Made by a program: the position numbers and the translations under genes. The notes beneath the pieces were generated by a model that had not been told where the DNA came from, did no database searches, and saw nothing but the letters and a program-made list of their open reading frames with translations. A stretch of DNA of 64,000 nucleotides. Origin: Bacilli bacterium. GTDB taxonomy: Bacteria; Bacillota_I; Bacilli_A; RFN20; CAG-826. The stretch spans positions 86,653 through 150,652 of the forward strand of contig JAFUEZ010000008.1 in assembly GCA_017470115.1 (NCBI GenBank). Reading direction: 5' to 3'. Within the stretch, counting starts at the first letter, position 1; every line of letters begins with the position of its first letter. Positions 30,958 through 42,581 of this stretch are shown here, in pieces.

Positions 30958-31530
30958 ATGGCAGATACAGAAAAGAAAGTAGTTGCTGAAGCAGAAGAAA
31001 AGAAAGCTCCTGCTAAAAAGGCCGCTCCTAAGAAAACAACAGCTAAAAAGGCAGTTAAAAAAGAAGAAGCTCCAGTAGCAGAAGAAAAAGAAGCTCCAAA
31101 AGCTAAGAAAGCTCCTGCAAAGAAAGCTTCAGAAAAGAAAGCTGCTCCAAAAGCTGCTAAAAAAGAAGAAAAGAAACCTGCAAAACCAGCAGTTACAGAA
31201 GCAAAAGCAAGCGCAAGAAGCGTTAAAGTCACTCCAAGAAAAGCAAGACTCGTTATTGATCTTGTTAGAGGAAAAAGAGTCGTCGAAGCACTTGAAATTC
31301 TTGCTTTCTTAAACAAAACTGGTGCAACAGATGTCGCAAAACTTATCAAATCAGCCGCAGCTAATGCAACAAATAACTTCGGTATGGATGAAGATAAATT
31401 ATACGTCGCTTCTATCTGGGCTAACGATAGCATCAAAATGAGAAGATATCTTCCAAGAGCTAAAGGTAGCGCTAGTGGATTAGTTAAAAGATTCAGCAAC
31501 CTCTATGTTGTTGTTAAAGAAAGAAACTAG
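30958..31530 (+). CDS. rplV: 50S ribosomal protein L22 with Ala/Lys/Pro/Glu-rich N-terminal extension
   Basis: TPRKARLVIDLVRG, PRAKGSA; ~80-aa N-terminal extension. Confidence 0.97.
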   Translation: MADTEKKVVAEAEEKKAPAKKAAPKKTTAKKAVKKEEAPVAEEKEAPKAKKAPAKKASEKKAAPKAAKKEEKKPAKPAVTEAKASARSVKVTPRKARLVIDLVRGKRVVEALEILAFLNKTGATDVAKLIKSAAANATNNFGMDEDKLYVASIWANDSIKMRRYLPRAKGSASGLVKRFSNLYVVVKERN

Positions 31531-31543
31531 GAGAGAGTGAATT

Positions 31544-32254
31544 ATGGGTCAAAAAGTTAATCCAGTAGGTATGAGAATTGGTCTCAACAAGAATTGGAAT
31601 TCAAGATGGTATGCTGATAAAAAAGAATTCCCTAAATATCTTGCTGATGATCTCAAAATCAGAAACTATATAGAAGAAAGATACGGAAAAGATGCTCAAT
31701 TATCACATATTGAGATCGAAAGAAAAAAGAACGATAAAGGTATATTTGTTAGATTAATTATCTTTGCAGCACGTCCAAGTATCATCATCGGTGCTAAAGG
31801 TGCTACAGTTAACGCTTTACAAGCTACCTTAGCTAAAATGTTCGATTGCACAGTCAAGATTGACATTGTTGAAGTTAAACAACCATATCTTGATGCTCGT
31901 ATTGTTGCTGATGTAATTTGTCAACAACTCGAAGCACGTGCAAGCTTCAGAATCGTTCAAAAGAGAGCCATCTCACAAGTTCGTAAATCAGGTGCTCAAG
32001 GATGTAAAACTGCCGTTTCAGGTAGACTTGCAGGTGCTGATATCGCACGTACAGAAGGCTATAAAGAAGGAACAATGGCTATTAATACACTTCATAGCGA
32101 CATCGATTTCGCTACAAGAGAAGCTATGACAACTTATGGTAAATTAGGTGTCAAAGTTTGGATCTCAAGAGGTGTTAAAGATTTCTCAACAAGATCAGAC
32201 GTTGTTGAAATTCCAAACAACAGACCAAATAACGTTAAAAAGAAAGGAGAGTAG
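31544..32254 (+). CDS. rpsC: 30S ribosomal protein S3
   Basis: [23 protein letters not shown]. Confidence 0.99.
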   Translation: MGQKVNPVGMRIGLNKNWNSRWYADKKEFPKYLADDLKIRNYIEERYGKDAQLSHIEIERKKNDKGIFVRLIIFAARPSIIIGAKGATVNALQATLAKMFDCTVKIDIVEVKQPYLDARIVADVICQQLEARASFRIVQKRAISQVRKSGAQGCKTAVSGRLAGADIARTEGYKEGTMAINTLHSDIDFATREAMTTYGKLGVKVWISRGVKDFSTRSDVVEIPNNRPNNVKKKGE

Positions 32255-32256
32255 TT

Positions 32257-32667
32257 ATGTTACAACCTAAAAGAGTTAAATACAGACGTCCTCATATTAT
32301 AAGATATGAAGGCCTCTCAAAAGCTGGTAACGAACTTGCCTTTGGCGAATATGGTCTCCAAGCCGTTACTGGAAATTGGGTCACAGATAGACAAATCGAA
32401 GCCGTCCGTGTTGTCTTATCAAGATACACAAAACGTGAAGGTAAAATTTATATTAGAATCTTCCCTCACTTAGCAAAAACTAAAAAACCAGCCGAAGTCC
32501 GTATGGGTTCCGGTAAAGGTTCACCAGAATACTGGGTCGCAGTCGTTAAAAAGAACAGAGTCATGTTTGAAATTGGTGGAGTTCCTGAAGAAGTTGCTAT
32601 GCACGCTTTACATCAAGCAAGCTACAAACTTCCACTCCAAACCAGAATTATTAAAAAAGGAGAGTAA
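32257..32667 (+). CDS. rplP: 50S ribosomal protein L16
   Basis: [17 protein letters not shown]. Confidence 0.99.
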   Translation: MLQPKRVKYRRPHIIRYEGLSKAGNELAFGEYGLQAVTGNWVTDRQIEAVRVVLSRYTKREGKIYIRIFPHLAKTKKPAEVRMGSGKGSPEYWVAVVKKNRVMFEIGGVPEEVAMHALHQASYKLPLQTRIIKKGE

Positions 32668-32674
32668 ATAGTTT

Positions 32675-32884
32675 ATGAAAATTAAAGAAGTAAGAGACTT
32701 ATCTACTGAAGAATTAAATGCTCGTGTTTACTCTTTAAAAGAAGAGTTATATAACCTCAGAAGAAAAAAGGCTGTTGGTCAACTCGAAAACATGATGGAA
32801 ATCAAAAGAGTTCGTAAAGATATCGCTAAAGTCTTAACAGTCTTAAGAGAAAGAGAACTCGGATTAGTCGAGGAAGGTAAATAA
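32675..32884 (+). CDS. rpmC: 50S ribosomal protein L29
   Basis: LKEELYNLR, RKDIAKVLT. Confidence 0.96.
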   Translation: MKIKEVRDLSTEELNARVYSLKEELYNLRRKKAVGQLENMMEIKRVRKDIAKVLTVLRERELGLVEEGK

Positions 32885-32886
32885 TT

Positions 32887-33204
32887 ATGGCAACAAAAAG
32901 AAAAATTACCGGAACAGTCATCTCCAACAAAAATGATAAAACCATTGCTGTTGAAGTTAGTGGATATAGAAAACATCCAAAGTATAAGAAAAGAGTTCAA
33001 TTCAGACATAGATACTATGCTCATGATGAAGCAAATGTTGCTCAAGTCGGTGATGTAGTTACTATCGAAGAATCAAGACCATTAAGCGCATTAAAGAGAT
33101 TCGTTCTTGTCTCAGTTGATAAGAAAGCTCTTGAAACTGTTGAAGTTAGTGATGGTGAAGAAGTCGCTGAAGTCTTACATGAAGAGAAGAAGGAGGAAGA
33201 ATAG
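32887..33204 (+). CDS. rpsQ: 30S ribosomal protein S17
   Basis: HPKYKKR, AHDE, ESRPLS. Confidence 0.97.
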   Translation: MATKRKITGTVISNKNDKTIAVEVSGYRKHPKYKKRVQFRHRYYAHDEANVAQVGDVVTIEESRPLSALKRFVLVSVDKKALETVEVSDGEEVAEVLHEEKKEEE

Positions 33205-33206
33205 TT

Positions 33207-33581
33207 ATGGTACAAACAGAAACTAATCTCGTCGTTGCTGATAATAGCGGTGCTCGTATTGTAAGAATCTTCAAAATCTATGGTGGAACACATAGAAAAA
33301 CAGCAACAGTTGGTGATGTCGTTCAATGCGCAGTTAAAGTTGCTATTCCAAATGGCAAAGTTAAAAAGAGTGACATCGTCAAAGCAGTCATCGTAAGAAC
33401 TGCTTACCCAATTCAAAGAAAAGATGGTTCAACAATCAAATTTGATGATAACGCATGCGTTATTATTAATGAAGATAAGACACCAGTTGGTACCCGTGTC
33501 TTTGGACCAGTCGCAAGAGAATTAAGAGAAAAAGGTGAAGGATTCATGAAAATTGTTTCCTTAGCACCAGAAGTCTTATAA
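33207..33581 (+). CDS. rplN: 50S ribosomal protein L14
   Basis: [20 protein letters not shown]. Confidence 0.99.
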   Translation: MVQTETNLVVADNSGARIVRIFKIYGGTHRKTATVGDVVQCAVKVAIPNGKVKKSDIVKAVIVRTAYPIQRKDGSTIKFDDNACVIINEDKTPVGTRVFGPVARELREKGEGFMKIVSLAPEVL

Positions 33582-33595
33582 GGAGGTAATAAGCT

Positions 33596-33919
33596 ATGAA
33601 ACTTAAAACAGGTGATAAAGTTATTGTTATCTCCGGAAAAGATAAGGGAAAAGTTGGTACAATCCAAAAAGTTTTCCCAAAAGAAAATAAAGTTATTGTT
33701 GATGGCGTAAACACTGTTAAAAAACACGTCAAACCAACACAAGCTAATCCAGATGGATCAATCCAAGAATTATTTGCTCCTCTCGATGCTTCAAATGTCG
33801 CTTACTACGATGAAAAGAGCAAAAAGGCAAGCAGATTAGGATATAAAGTTAGCGTTGGTAAAGATGGCAAAAAGACAAAAGTCAGAGTCGTCAAGAAAAC
33901 TAATAAAGAAATTAAATAG
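33596..33919 (+). CDS. rplX: 50S ribosomal protein L24
   Basis: [16 protein letters not shown]. Confidence 0.98.
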   Translation: MKLKTGDKVIVISGKDKGKVGTIQKVFPKENKVIVDGVNTVKKHVKPTQANPDGSIQELFAPLDASNVAYYDEKSKKASRLGYKVSVGKDGKKTKVRVVKKTNKEIK

Positions 33920-33928
33920 GAGATTGAT

Positions 33929-34546
33929 ATGGCAGAAACAAAGAAAACTACAGCTACAGCAAAACCAAAAGCTGCAACTTCTAACGGACATAAAGCTCCT
34001 CAAAGAACAACAAGATTACAAGTCAAGTTTAATGAAGAAATCAAACCTGCACTTATGAAGCAATTCGAATATAAGTCAGTTATGGAAGTTCCTCAATTAA
34101 GCAAGATTGTTGTTAACATTGGTGTTGGTGATGCAACTCAAGATAAAAAGCGCCTTGAAGAAGCTGTTGAAGAATTAGCTCTCATCACAGGTCAAAAGCC
34201 AATCATCACAAAGGCTAAAAAGAGTATTGCTACATTCAAATTAAGAGAAGGTGAAGCAATTGGAACAAAGGTTGATTTAAGAGGTATCAGAATGTATGAA
34301 TTCTTCGATAAACTCGTTACAATCGCTCTTCCAAGAGTTAGAGACTTCAGAGGTGTTAGCAAGAACTCATTCGATGGCAAGGGAAATTATACTTTAGGTA
34401 TTAAAGAACAATTAATCTTCCCTGAAATCGATTACGATAAAGTCCAAAAGATCAGAGGTATGGACATTGTCGTCGTTACAACTGCAAAAACAGATGAAGA
34501 AGCATACGCTTTACTCAAAGCACTTGGTATGCCATTCAATAAATAG
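33929..34546 (+). CDS. rplE: 50S ribosomal protein L5
   Basis: [18 protein letters not shown]. Confidence 0.99.
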   Translation: MAETKKTTATAKPKAATSNGHKAPQRTTRLQVKFNEEIKPALMKQFEYKSVMEVPQLSKIVVNIGVGDATQDKKRLEEAVEELALITGQKPIITKAKKSIATFKLREGEAIGTKVDLRGIRMYEFFDKLVTIALPRVRDFRGVSKNSFDGKGNYTLGIKEQLIFPEIDYDKVQKIRGMDIVVVTTAKTDEEAYALLKALGMPFNK

Positions 34547-34557
34547 TGAGGTAAGTT

Positions 34558-34743
34558 ATGGCTAAAACAAGTTTAAAGGTTAAACAATCAAGACCACAAA
34601 AATTTAAAGTCAGAGAATATACACGTTGTTCAAGATGTGGAAGACCTCACTCAGTCTATTCAAAATTCGGACTTTGCAGAGTCTGTATCAGAGAACTCGC
34701 TTATAAGGGCGAAATTCCTGGTATGAAGAAATCTTCATGGTAA
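34558..34743 (+). CDS. rpsN: 30S ribosomal protein S14 (zinc-binding type)
   Basis: [15 protein letters not shown]. Confidence 0.98.
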   Translation: MAKTSLKVKQSRPQKFKVREYTRCSRCGRPHSVYSKFGLCRVCIRELAYKGEIPGMKKSSW

Positions 34744-34762
34744 TTAGGGAGGTAAAATTAAT

Positions 34763-35161
34763 ATGCATCAAGATCCAATTGCTGATATGTTAACAAGAAT
34801 TAGAAACGCTAATGCTTTAAAACATGAAAAAGTTTCTATGCCTTCCAGCAAAATGAAGGTTAATATCGCTAGTATTCTTCTTGAAGAAGGTTATGTTACT
34901 TCTTTTAAAGAATCAAAAGATAAAGACGGTCACAAGAAACTTGAAATCGTCTTAAAATATGGTCCTAGTGGCGAAAAAGTCATTTCAGGATTAAAGAGAA
35001 TTTCAAAACCTGGCTTACGTGTTACAGCTGATGCTAAGCACATTCCAAGCGTCTTAAAGGGTTTAGGAATTGCTATCATTTCAACATCAAAAGGACTTTT
35101 AACAGACAAAGCTTGTAAAGCTCAAAATGTCGGCGGCGAAGTCATTTGCTATGTTTGGTAA
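34763..35161 (+). CDS. rpsH: 30S ribosomal protein S8
   Basis: [28 protein letters not shown]. Confidence 0.99.
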   Translation: MHQDPIADMLTRIRNANALKHEKVSMPSSKMKVNIASILLEEGYVTSFKESKDKDGHKKLEIVLKYGPSGEKVISGLKRISKPGLRVTADAKHIPSVLKGLGIAIISTSKGLLTDKACKAQNVGGEVICYVW

Positions 35162-35176
35162 TTAGGAGGATAGTTT

Positions 35177-35740
35177 ATGTCACGTATTGGTAATAAAGTC
35201 ATTCCTATTCCAGCAGGATTAAATGTTGAAATCGGTGAAAATTATATTGATATTAAGGGTAAAGTTGGTGAAGATAAGGTCGAATTCGATCCATCAATCA
35301 TCTCACTTGAACTTAAAGATGGTGTCTTAACCGTTAAAAGAGCTAACGACTTAAAGAAATCAAAAGCAATGCATGGAACAACAAGAGCTTTAATTGCTAA
35401 CGCTGTTAAAGGATGTTCCGAAGGCTTCAAAAAGAACTTACAAGTCATTGGTATCGGTTATAGAGCAGAAAATAGAGGAGAAGATTTAATCTTACACCTT
35501 GGTTATTCTCACCCAATCACCATCAAACCTCTTCCAGGAGTTAAAATTGTCGCTACTGAATCAAAGAACAAGAACGTCAATGCTTATATTGAAGTTTCTG
35601 GTTCTGACAAATTCAAAGTTGGCCAAGTTGCCGCTTTAATTAGAGAACAACGTAGGCCTGAACCTTATAAAGGAAAAGGCGTTAGATATGCTGATGAAGT
35701 TGTCTTACGTAAAGAAGGTAAACGTGCAGGTAAGAAGTAG
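35177..35740 (+). CDS. rplF: 50S ribosomal protein L6
   Basis: MSRIG, PEPYKGKGVRY. Confidence 0.99.
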   Translation: MSRIGNKVIPIPAGLNVEIGENYIDIKGKVGEDKVEFDPSIISLELKDGVLTVKRANDLKKSKAMHGTTRALIANAVKGCSEGFKKNLQVIGIGYRAENRGEDLILHLGYSHPITIKPLPGVKIVATESKNKNVNAYIEVSGSDKFKVGQVAALIREQRRPEPYKGKGVRYADEVVLRKEGKRAGKK

Positions 35741-35755
35741 GAGGCTGAGTAGATT

Positions 35756-36112
35756 ATGATTAAAAGAATCGATAGAAACGATGTAAGAACTAGAAAACAC
35801 TTAAGAGTTCGTAAAAAAATTAGCGGAACAGCTTCTTGCCCAAGACTTTGTGTCTATAGATCAAACAAGAACATTGAAGTTCAAGTTATTGATGATGTTA
35901 AAGGCGCAACACTTGTCTCAAGTTCATCCGAACAATTAAAGATTAAAAACGGAAACAACATCGAGGGTGCAAAACTTGTCGGTGCTGATATCGCTAAAAA
36001 ATGTTTAGCAGCTGGAATTGAAACAGTCGTTTATGATAGAGGCGGCTATGTCTATCATGGTCGTGTCAAAGCACTCGCTGAAGCAGCACGTGAAGGCGGA
36101 TTAAAGTTCTAA
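35756..36112 (+). CDS. rplR: 50S ribosomal protein L18
   Basis: [20 protein letters not shown]. Confidence 0.99.
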   Translation: MIKRIDRNDVRTRKHLRVRKKISGTASCPRLCVYRSNKNIEVQVIDDVKGATLVSSSSEQLKIKNGNNIEGAKLVGADIAKKCLAAGIETVVYDRGGYVYHGRVKALAEAAREGGLKF

Positions 36113-36122
36113 GGAGATATTT

Positions 36123-36734
36123 ATGGCAGAAGAAGTTAAAGAAACAGTTGTTGTTGAAGAAGCTCAAGCTACTGAAACTCCAAAAGAAGGTGCTAAAAAG
36201 CAATTTAATAAAAGAAACGACAAAAAATTCCAAAGACCAGTTCGTAAACCTATCGTTAAGGAGTACGAGGAAAGAGTAGTCGCAATTAACCGTGTCACTA
36301 AGGTTGTCAAAGGTGGTAAGAGAATGAAATTCTCAGCACTTGTCGTCATTGGTGATGGTAAAGGTAAATTCGGTTTTGCTACTGGTAAGAGCGGTGAAGT
36401 CCCAGATGCAATCAAAAAAGCAGTTGATAAAGCAAAACGTAACATGATTAACGTTAATATCGTTAAGGGTGGAACAATTGCTCACGATACAATCGGCAAA
36501 TTTGGCGCATCAAAAGTCTTCTTAAAACCAGCCCCAGAAGGAACTGGTGTCATCGCAGGTGGCCCAGTCAGAGCTATTATCGAGCTTGCTGGTATTAAAA
36601 ACGTTTACTCAAAAGTCTATGGTTCAAGAACAAAAGTTAATGTTGTCAAAGCAACAGCTCAAGCATTAACACAATTAAAAGAATACAAGACAGTTATCGC
36701 TTTACGTCAAGGAGGAAAAGAAGATGTTAAATAA
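36123..36734 (+). CDS. rpsE: 30S ribosomal protein S5
   Basis: [19 protein letters not shown]. Confidence 0.99.
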   Translation: MAEEVKETVVVEEAQATETPKEGAKKQFNKRNDKKFQRPVRKPIVKEYEERVVAINRVTKVVKGGKRMKFSALVVIGDGKGKFGFATGKSGEVPDAIKKAVDKAKRNMINVNIVKGGTIAHDTIGKFGASKVFLKPAPEGTGVIAGGPVRAIIELAGIKNVYSKVYGSRTKVNVVKATAQALTQLKEYKTVIALRQGGKEDVK

Positions 36735-37164
36735 TCTTAAACCTACCGAAGGAGCAAGAAGAGAGTCAAAAAGACGCTGCAGAGGACTCGGCAGTGGCTT
36801 AGGTAAAAACGGTGGTTCCGGAAATAAAGGTCAAAATTCCAGAACTGGCGGTGGTGTTAGACTCGGATTCGAAGGTGGTCAATTACCACTTTTCAGAGCT
36901 CTTCCAAAAAGAGGATTCAAGCACTTTGGCCGTAAAGAATACGCTATCGTTAACTTAGATGCATTCAACAAATTTGAAGATGGTAAAGAAGTTACCTTAA
37001 CAGATCTTGTTGAAGCAGGCTTAGTTAATAAAGAATTAGATGGCTTAAAAGTCTTAGGTAATGGAGAACTTACTAAGAAAGTCACAATTGTCGCTAACAA
37101 ATTTTCAAAATCTGCATTAGAAAAGATTGAAAATGCTGGCGGTAAAGCACAAATTATCGAATAA
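36724..37164 (+). CDS. rplO: 50S ribosomal protein L15
   Basis: [18 protein letters not shown]. Confidence 0.99.
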   Translation: MLNNLKPTEGARRESKRRCRGLGSGLGKNGGSGNKGQNSRTGGGVRLGFEGGQLPLFRALPKRGFKHFGRKEYAIVNLDAFNKFEDGKEVTLTDLVEAGLVNKELDGLKVLGNGELTKKVTIVANKFSKSALEKIENAGGKAQIIE

Positions 37165-37196
37165 TATTATAGTTATTCTAATTAAGGGCTAATCGA

Positions 37197-38543
37197 ATGA
37201 AGAAATTTATTGATATATTCAAAAACAAAGATGTCGTTGGTCGTATATTCTTTACGATAATGATTTTATTTGTTTTTAGACTTGGTTGTTCGATCCCAAT
37301 TCCTGGAATTGACGCATCTGAATTTACGAATCAGCTCTCAAATAACTCCAACAATTTATTAGCATTGATGAATTTGCTTGGTGGTGGAGCTCTTCAAAAT
37401 TTCTCCATCTTTGCTCTTGGTGTTTCACCATATATTACTTCTCAAATTATTATTCAACTCTTAAGTATGGATGTTCTTCCAGCACTTACTGAGTTAAATA
37501 GACAAGGACAATATGGTAGAAAAAAGATTGAAATGGCAACACGTTATTTAACATTAATGCTTGGTGCCGTTCAAGCTTATGGAATTATTCAAACTGCAAA
37601 AAATACTTCCTGGATTTCATTCACGATGGAAGAAAGCTTCTTAACTTACGCATATATCATTACCATCATGGTAAGTGGTGCAATGCTTGTTATGTGGCTT
37701 GGTGACCAAATCACTACTAAAGGTATTGGAAATGGTATCTCAGTAATCATTTTTGCAGGTATTGTTGCTAGCCTTCCAAAACAAATTTCAACTGCATGGC
37801 AAAAATGGGTTCTTACATCATGGAACCATGGTTCAGTTGAAGCGACAAAAGGTGTCTTCCAATTCCTACTTTATGTATTAGCTTTCGTTCTTATTATTGC
37901 GTTTGTCGTATTTATCGAACTTAGTCGTAGAAAAATACCAGTTCAACACGCAACAAGAAGTGGTGGAAATGAAAAACTTACAAAAGCTTCATTCCTTCCA
38001 ATCAAAGTTAATTCAGCAGGTGTTATTCCAGTCATCTTTGCTAGCTCAATTTTGATGGCTCCTTCAGTTATTGCAACATTTATTTCAAGTGATGCAGCAA
38101 ATGCTGAGTGGCTAAAGATATTCCAATATAACCAACTCGTAAAAACTGGAGATGCTTATATCCCATGGGGATTATTCATCTATTTAATCCTCATATTTGC
38201 GTTCACATTCTTCTACGCTAATTTGCAAATTAACCCTGCACAAATGGCAGATAATTTCCAAAAGAATGGATCTTACATTCCTGGAGTAAGACCAGGAATC
38301 GAAACAGAAAAGTACGTCTCGAAAGTTTTAAATAGAATTACTCTTATTGGTGCATTCAGCTTAAGCTTTATTGCAGCTTTACCAGTCGTTTTGAATTTAA
38401 CAGGCGTATTTGGCAATGATAGCTCGCTTTCTCTAGGAGGAACTGGTCTCATCATCGTTGTTGGTGTTGCTCTTGAAATGAGTAACCAAATCAATGGTCT
38501 TGTTGCTGGTAAGAGCTATGATGAAGTCATTGGAGGTATGTAA
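37197..38543 (+). CDS. secY: preprotein translocase SecY
   Basis: SIFALGVSPYIT, GIGNGIS, AGVIPVIFA, IPGVRPG. Confidence 0.99.
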   Translation: MKKFIDIFKNKDVVGRIFFTIMILFVFRLGCSIPIPGIDASEFTNQLSNNSNNLLALMNLLGGGALQNFSIFALGVSPYITSQIIIQLLSMDVLPALTELNRQGQYGRKKIEMATRYLTLMLGAVQAYGIIQTAKNTSWISFTMEESFLTYAYIITIMVSGAMLVMWLGDQITTKGIGNGISVIIFAGIVASLPKQISTAWQKWVLTSWNHGSVEATKGVFQFLLYVLAFVLIIAFVVFIELSRRKIPVQHATRSGGNEKLTKASFLPIKVNSAGVIPVIFASSILMAPSVIATFISSDAANAEWLKIFQYNQLVKTGDAYIPWGLFIYLILIFAFTFFYANLQINPAQMADNFQKNGSYIPGVRPGIETEKYVSKVLNRITLIGAFSLSFIAALPVVLNLTGVFGNDSSLSLGGTGLIIVVGVALEMSNQINGLVAGKSYDEVIGGM

Positions 38544-38547
38544 ACTG

Positions 38548-39195
38548 ATGAAAAATATTATTTTAATGGGCCCACCAGGTGCTGGTAAGGGAACAAATGC
38601 TAAACGTATTGTTGCTTATTATAACATCCCACATATTTCAACAGGAGATATGTTCAGAGAAGCTATAAAAAATAAAACACCACTTGGCGAACTCGCTAAT
38701 AATTATATTTCTCAAGGTTTACTTGTACCAGATGATGTCACAATTGGTTTAGTCAAGGAAAGACTTTCAAAAGATGATTGTGCAAACGGTTATCTTCTTG
38801 ATGGTTTCCCACGTACTTTAGAACAAGCCAAGGCTTTAACTAAAATAGGTGAAGAAATTTCTAGACCAGTTACAAACGTTATAAATATTGTCGTTCCTGA
38901 ATCTATCTTAGTTGATAGAATTTCAGGAAGACGTGTTTGTAAAAAATGTGGTGCTCCTTATCACATCAAAAACCTTAAACCAAGAGTTGAAGGAGTTTGT
39001 GATCTTTGTGGAGGCGAACTCATACAAAGAAAAGATGATAATGAAGAAACACTTAAAGCACGTTTAAGTGAATATCATAAAATGACAGAACCACTCATTG
39101 CTTATTATAGTAAGTTTAATATCACAAGCGATGTTAGAGGTGATAAAAACCTTGATGCATTACTCGATGATATTAAAGAAATCTTAGGAGAGTAA
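38548..39195 (+). CDS. adk: adenylate kinase
   Basis: GPPGAGKGT, STGDMFR, LDGFPRT, Zn-binding lid; start reassigned to 38548. Confidence 0.98.
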   Translation: MKNIILMGPPGAGKGTNAKRIVAYYNIPHISTGDMFREAIKNKTPLGELANNYISQGLLVPDDVTIGLVKERLSKDDCANGYLLDGFPRTLEQAKALTKIGEEISRPVTNVINIVVPESILVDRISGRRVCKKCGAPYHIKNLKPRVEGVCDLCGGELIQRKDDNEETLKARLSEYHKMTEPLIAYYSKFNITSDVRGDKNLDALLDDIKEILGE

Positions 39196-39202
39196 ATTAA
39201 CC

Positions 39203-39967
39203 GTGTCGATTATTATTAAAAGTCCACGAGAAATTGCTCTCATAAGAGAAGCAGGTGATATTTTGCGTGAAACTTTAAAGGTTTTAAAGGCTCACACAAG
39301 ACCTGGAATCTCGACAGATGAACTCGGAAAGCTTGCTGGAAGATACATCCGCTCGAGAGGCGCGATTCCTTCATGTAAAGGTTATGGAGGATTCCAAGGC
39401 GATATATGTGTCAGCGTAAACGAGGTCTTAGTTCATGGTGTCCCTTCTAAAAAAGTAATTTTGAAGGAAGGCGATATAGTGAGTTATGACATCCTAGTTA
39501 CCTATAAAGGGTATACGGCTGATGCATGTAGAACTTATGGAGTAGGAGAAATCGCTCCTAATGCGCAAAAGCTAATTGATGTCACAAAAGAATGTTTCTT
39601 TGAGGCAGTTAAATTAGTTAAACCTGGAACCCATCTTGGAGACATCGGCGAAAGAATTCAAACAATTGCTGAGTCAAACGGATACACTGTTACTGAAGAA
39701 TTTGCAGGACACGGTGTAGGGCGCGAGGTTCACGAAGATCCTTATGTGTTCAACGTTGGTCAAGCAGGCACTGGAGCTGTACTTAAAAAAGGTATGGTTA
39801 TTGCAATTGAACCAATGATTAACGAAGGAAAAGTTGAATTAGTTACGTTAGATGATGGCTGGACAACCAGATCCAAAGATGGAAAATTAACATGCCACTA
39901 CGAAAATACGGTCGCAGTGACAGAGTCCGGCTACGATATTCTAACCTTAAGAGAAGGAGATGAATAA
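39203..39967 (+). CDS. map: methionine aminopeptidase
   Basis: HGVP, GHGVG, AIEPM, HYENT. Confidence 0.97.
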   Translation: MSIIIKSPREIALIREAGDILRETLKVLKAHTRPGISTDELGKLAGRYIRSRGAIPSCKGYGGFQGDICVSVNEVLVHGVPSKKVILKEGDIVSYDILVTYKGYTADACRTYGVGEIAPNAQKLIDVTKECFFEAVKLVKPGTHLGDIGERIQTIAESNGYTVTEEFAGHGVGREVHEDPYVFNVGQAGTGAVLKKGMVIAIEPMINEGKVELVTLDDGWTTRSKDGKLTCHYENTVAVTESGYDILTLREGDE

Positions 39968-39968
39968 A

Positions 39969-40187
39969 ATGGCAAAACAAGATGTTATAACCGTCGAGGC
40001 GGTAGTCGTAGAAGCTTTACCAAATACTAACTTCAAAGTAAAGCTAGAGAATGATGTCGTAATTCACGCCACTGTTTCTGGTAAAATCCGTATGAATTAC
40101 ATCCGCATTTTACCAGGTGATAGAGTTACCGTTGAATTATCGCCTTATGATTTAAACAATGGCAGAATAGTTTTTAGACATAAATAG
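39969..40187 (+). CDS. infA: translation initiation factor IF-1
   Basis: [21 protein letters not shown]. Confidence 0.98.
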   Translation: MAKQDVITVEAVVVEALPNTNFKVKLENDVVIHATVSGKIRMNYIRILPGDRVTVELSPYDLNNGRIVFRHK

Positions 40188-40207
40188 TCTAATCAGGAGG
40201 TAATTTT

Positions 40208-40321
40208 ATGAAAGTTAGACCATCCGTTAAACCTATTTGTGACAAGTGCAAAGTTATTAAGAGAAATGGCAAAGTTATGGTCATTTGTCAAAATCCAAAG
40301 CACAAGCAAAGACAAGGTTAA
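40208..40321 (+). CDS. rpmJ: 50S ribosomal protein L36 (absent from ORF track)
   Basis: [45 protein letters not shown]. Confidence 0.99.
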   Translation: MKVRPSVKPICDKCKVIKRNGKVMVICQNPKHKQRQG

Positions 40322-40343
40322 TTTAGGAGGAACAAATTAATTT

Positions 40344-40718
40344 ATGGCACGTATTGTTGGTGTTGATATTCCAAATAATAAAGTTATCGTTGTTGCTTTA
40401 ACCTATATTTATGGTATTGGAAATACAACCGCTAAGAAAATTTGTGCAGCAGCTGGAGTCGAAGAACTTAAAAGAGTTAAAGATTTAACAGATGCTGAAA
40501 TCACTAAAGTCAGAGAAGAAGTCGCTCACTATAAAGTTGAAGGTGACTTAAAAAGAGAAGTTGGCTTAAATATCAAGAGACTTCAAGAAATTGGCTGCTA
40601 CAGAGGTATCAGACATAGAAGAGGTCTTCCAGTCAGAGGCCAAAGAACAAAAACTAATGCTCGTACTCGTAAAGGTCCACGTAAGACAATTGCGAATAAG
40701 AAAGAAGCAGTTAAGTAA
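40344..40718 (+). CDS. rpsM: 30S ribosomal protein S13
   Basis: [18 protein letters not shown]. Confidence 0.99.
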   Translation: MARIVGVDIPNNKVIVVALTYIYGIGNTTAKKICAAAGVEELKRVKDLTDAEITKVREEVAHYKVEGDLKREVGLNIKRLQEIGCYRGIRHRRGLPVRGQRTKTNARTRKGPRKTIANKKEAVK

Positions 40719-40736
40719 TAGGAGGGTGATGGAAAT

Positions 40737-41126
40737 ATGGCAAAGAAACAAACAACCCGTAAAAAGAAGATCAAGAGATCTTATACGAAGGGTGTCGCTC
40801 ACATTCACGCAACCTTCAATAACACAATTGTTACTATTACAGATGAAGCCGGTAATGCAATTGCTTGGTCATCAAGTGGCGCATTAGGTTTCAAAGGTGC
40901 AAAGAAATCCACTCCATTCGCAGCTCAAAGTGCTGCTGAAGCAGCTGGTAAAGCTGCTGTGGATCAAGGTCTTAAAACAGTCGATGTTGATGTTAAAGGA
41001 CCAGGTGCTGGTAGAGAAAGTGCAGTTAGAGCACTTGAACTCGCAGGACTTAAGGTTACATCAATTGTTGATACAACACCTATTCCACATAATGGTTGCC
41101 GTCCACCAAAAAGAAAACACGGTTAA
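40737..41126 (+). CDS. rpsK: 30S ribosomal protein S11
   Basis: [19 protein letters not shown]. Confidence 0.99.
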   Translation: MAKKQTTRKKKIKRSYTKGVAHIHATFNNTIVTITDEAGNAIAWSSSGALGFKGAKKSTPFAAQSAAEAAGKAAVDQGLKTVDVDVKGPGAGRESAVRALELAGLKVTSIVDTTPIPHNGCRPPKRKHG

Positions 41127-41147
41127 TATTTAGGAGGATGATGATAC

Positions 41148-42125
41148 ATGGCTGAAAATGAATTAAAAATTGCTCACCCATTTGAAAAAAGTACCTTTAA
41201 GATCGCAGTAGCAGATAATAAAGAAAACTATTGCAAGGTCGTTGCCGAACCACTCGAAAGAGGTTATGGCTTAACACTTGGAAACGCATTAAGAAGAGTC
41301 CTTCTTAGTTCCTTACCAGGAACAAGCGTCTACGCTATTGAGGTCGAAGGAGCTGTCCATGAATTTACAGCTCTTCCAGGTATTGAAGAAGATTTAACTC
41401 AAATCATCCTCAACCTTAAAGATTTAGTTCTTAAGAGTGATACAATTAGCGATGAAAGCTATGAAGTATCAATTAATAAAGGTGAAGGTGAATTTAAAGC
41501 CGGCGATTTAGAACTCCCAACAGGTTTAGAAGTTGTTAATCCTGAACTTGTTATCGCTCATATCGCAGAAGGCGGTCACTTAAACATGACTCTTTACATT
41601 AAAAATGGTAGAGGTTATGCAACAAGTGCAGAAAATAAAACTCTAGGATTGAATGCTGGGTTAATTGCAACAGACAGTAACTATTCACCAGTCGTTAGAG
41701 TAAACTACAAAGTCGAACAAACTCGTGTTGGACACGATCCAAGATTCGACAAACTTATTCTTGAAGTTTGGACAAACGGTTCAATTAAACCTGAAGAAGC
41801 AGTCTCATTATCAAGTAAGATGTTAATTGCTCACTTTGAAAGATTCTTAGATCTTGATAATAAATATGAAGATTTAGGCTTAGTTAAAGACCCTGTCGTC
41901 CAAAAAGAAGAAACATTCGAAAACTTAACAATTGAAGACCTTGACTTAAGTGTCCGTAGCTATAACTGCTTAAAGAGAGCTGGTATTGCTAATGTCCAAG
42001 AATTAACTCAAAAGAGTGAAGCAGACATGATGAAGGTCAGAAATCTTGGTAAGAAATCGCTTAAAGAAGTTAAAGACAAACTTATTGAAAAGGGATTATC
42101 TTTCAAAGATAGTAAAGAAGAGTAA
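41148..42125 (+). CDS. rpoA: RNA polymerase alpha subunit
   Basis: EPLERGYGLTLGNALRR, LSVRSYNCLKRAG. Confidence 0.99.
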   Translation: MAENELKIAHPFEKSTFKIAVADNKENYCKVVAEPLERGYGLTLGNALRRVLLSSLPGTSVYAIEVEGAVHEFTALPGIEEDLTQIILNLKDLVLKSDTISDESYEVSINKGEGEFKAGDLELPTGLEVVNPELVIAHIAEGGHLNMTLYIKNGRGYATSAENKTLGLNAGLIATDSNYSPVVRVNYKVEQTRVGHDPRFDKLILEVWTNGSIKPEEAVSLSSKMLIAHFERFLDLDNKYEDLGLVKDPVVQKEETFENLTIEDLDLSVRSYNCLKRAGIANVQELTQKSEADMMKVRNLGKKSLKEVKDKLIEKGLSFKDSKEE

Positions 42126-42136
42126 GGAGAAATTCT

Positions 42137-42532
42137 ATGCAAATCGGTAGAAAAAACGTACATGGTAAAGGTGGTGTTAGATTTAAGACTGGTTATACTT
42201 CAAGTAAGAAGAAAGGCCAAGTTAGAAATCTTGTCACAGAATTAGTACTCTTTGAAAAAGTCACAGTTACTCCAGGAATGGTCAAACCAGTTATCAAAGA
42301 ATTTGATCACCTCGTAACACTTGCAAAAAGAGGCGACTTACATGCTAGAAGACAAGCTGCTGCAGTTTTAAGAAATTATGATGTCGATGGTAAACCAGAA
42401 GCATTAAATAAATTATTTGGTGAAATTGCTCAACGTACAGCTTCTAGAAATGGTGGATATTTAAAAGCTTACAAGCTTGCTAATAGAAAAGGTGATAATG
42501 CACCTCAAACAATGCTTGTCTTAGCTGACTAA
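42137..42532 (+). CDS. rplQ: 50S ribosomal protein L17 (divergent N-terminus)
   Basis: LHARRQA, RNGGY, RKGDNAP; position after rpoA. Confidence 0.95.
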   Translation: MQIGRKNVHGKGGVRFKTGYTSSKKKGQVRNLVTELVLFEKVTVTPGMVKPVIKEFDHLVTLAKRGDLHARRQAAAVLRNYDVDGKPEALNKLFGEIAQRTASRNGGYLKAYKLANRKGDNAPQTMLVLAD

Positions 42533-42553
42533 TATTTATTCCATTTATACATT

Positions 42554-42581
42554 AAGAAGGTAGAAAAACTACCTTCTTTTT
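42554..42581 (+). terminator. terminator of ribosomal superoperon
   Basis: AAGAAGGTAG-aaaaa-CTACCTTCTT + T-run. Confidence 0.85.

Noticed and set aside
30849-31499. 216-aa antisense ORF and other shadow ORFs over ribosomal and housekeeping genes
   Set aside because: Antisense or alternate-frame artefacts of biased codon use; no SD or family motif
41126-41148. Absence of rpsD between rpsK and rpoA
   Set aside because: Normal arrangement in Bacilli
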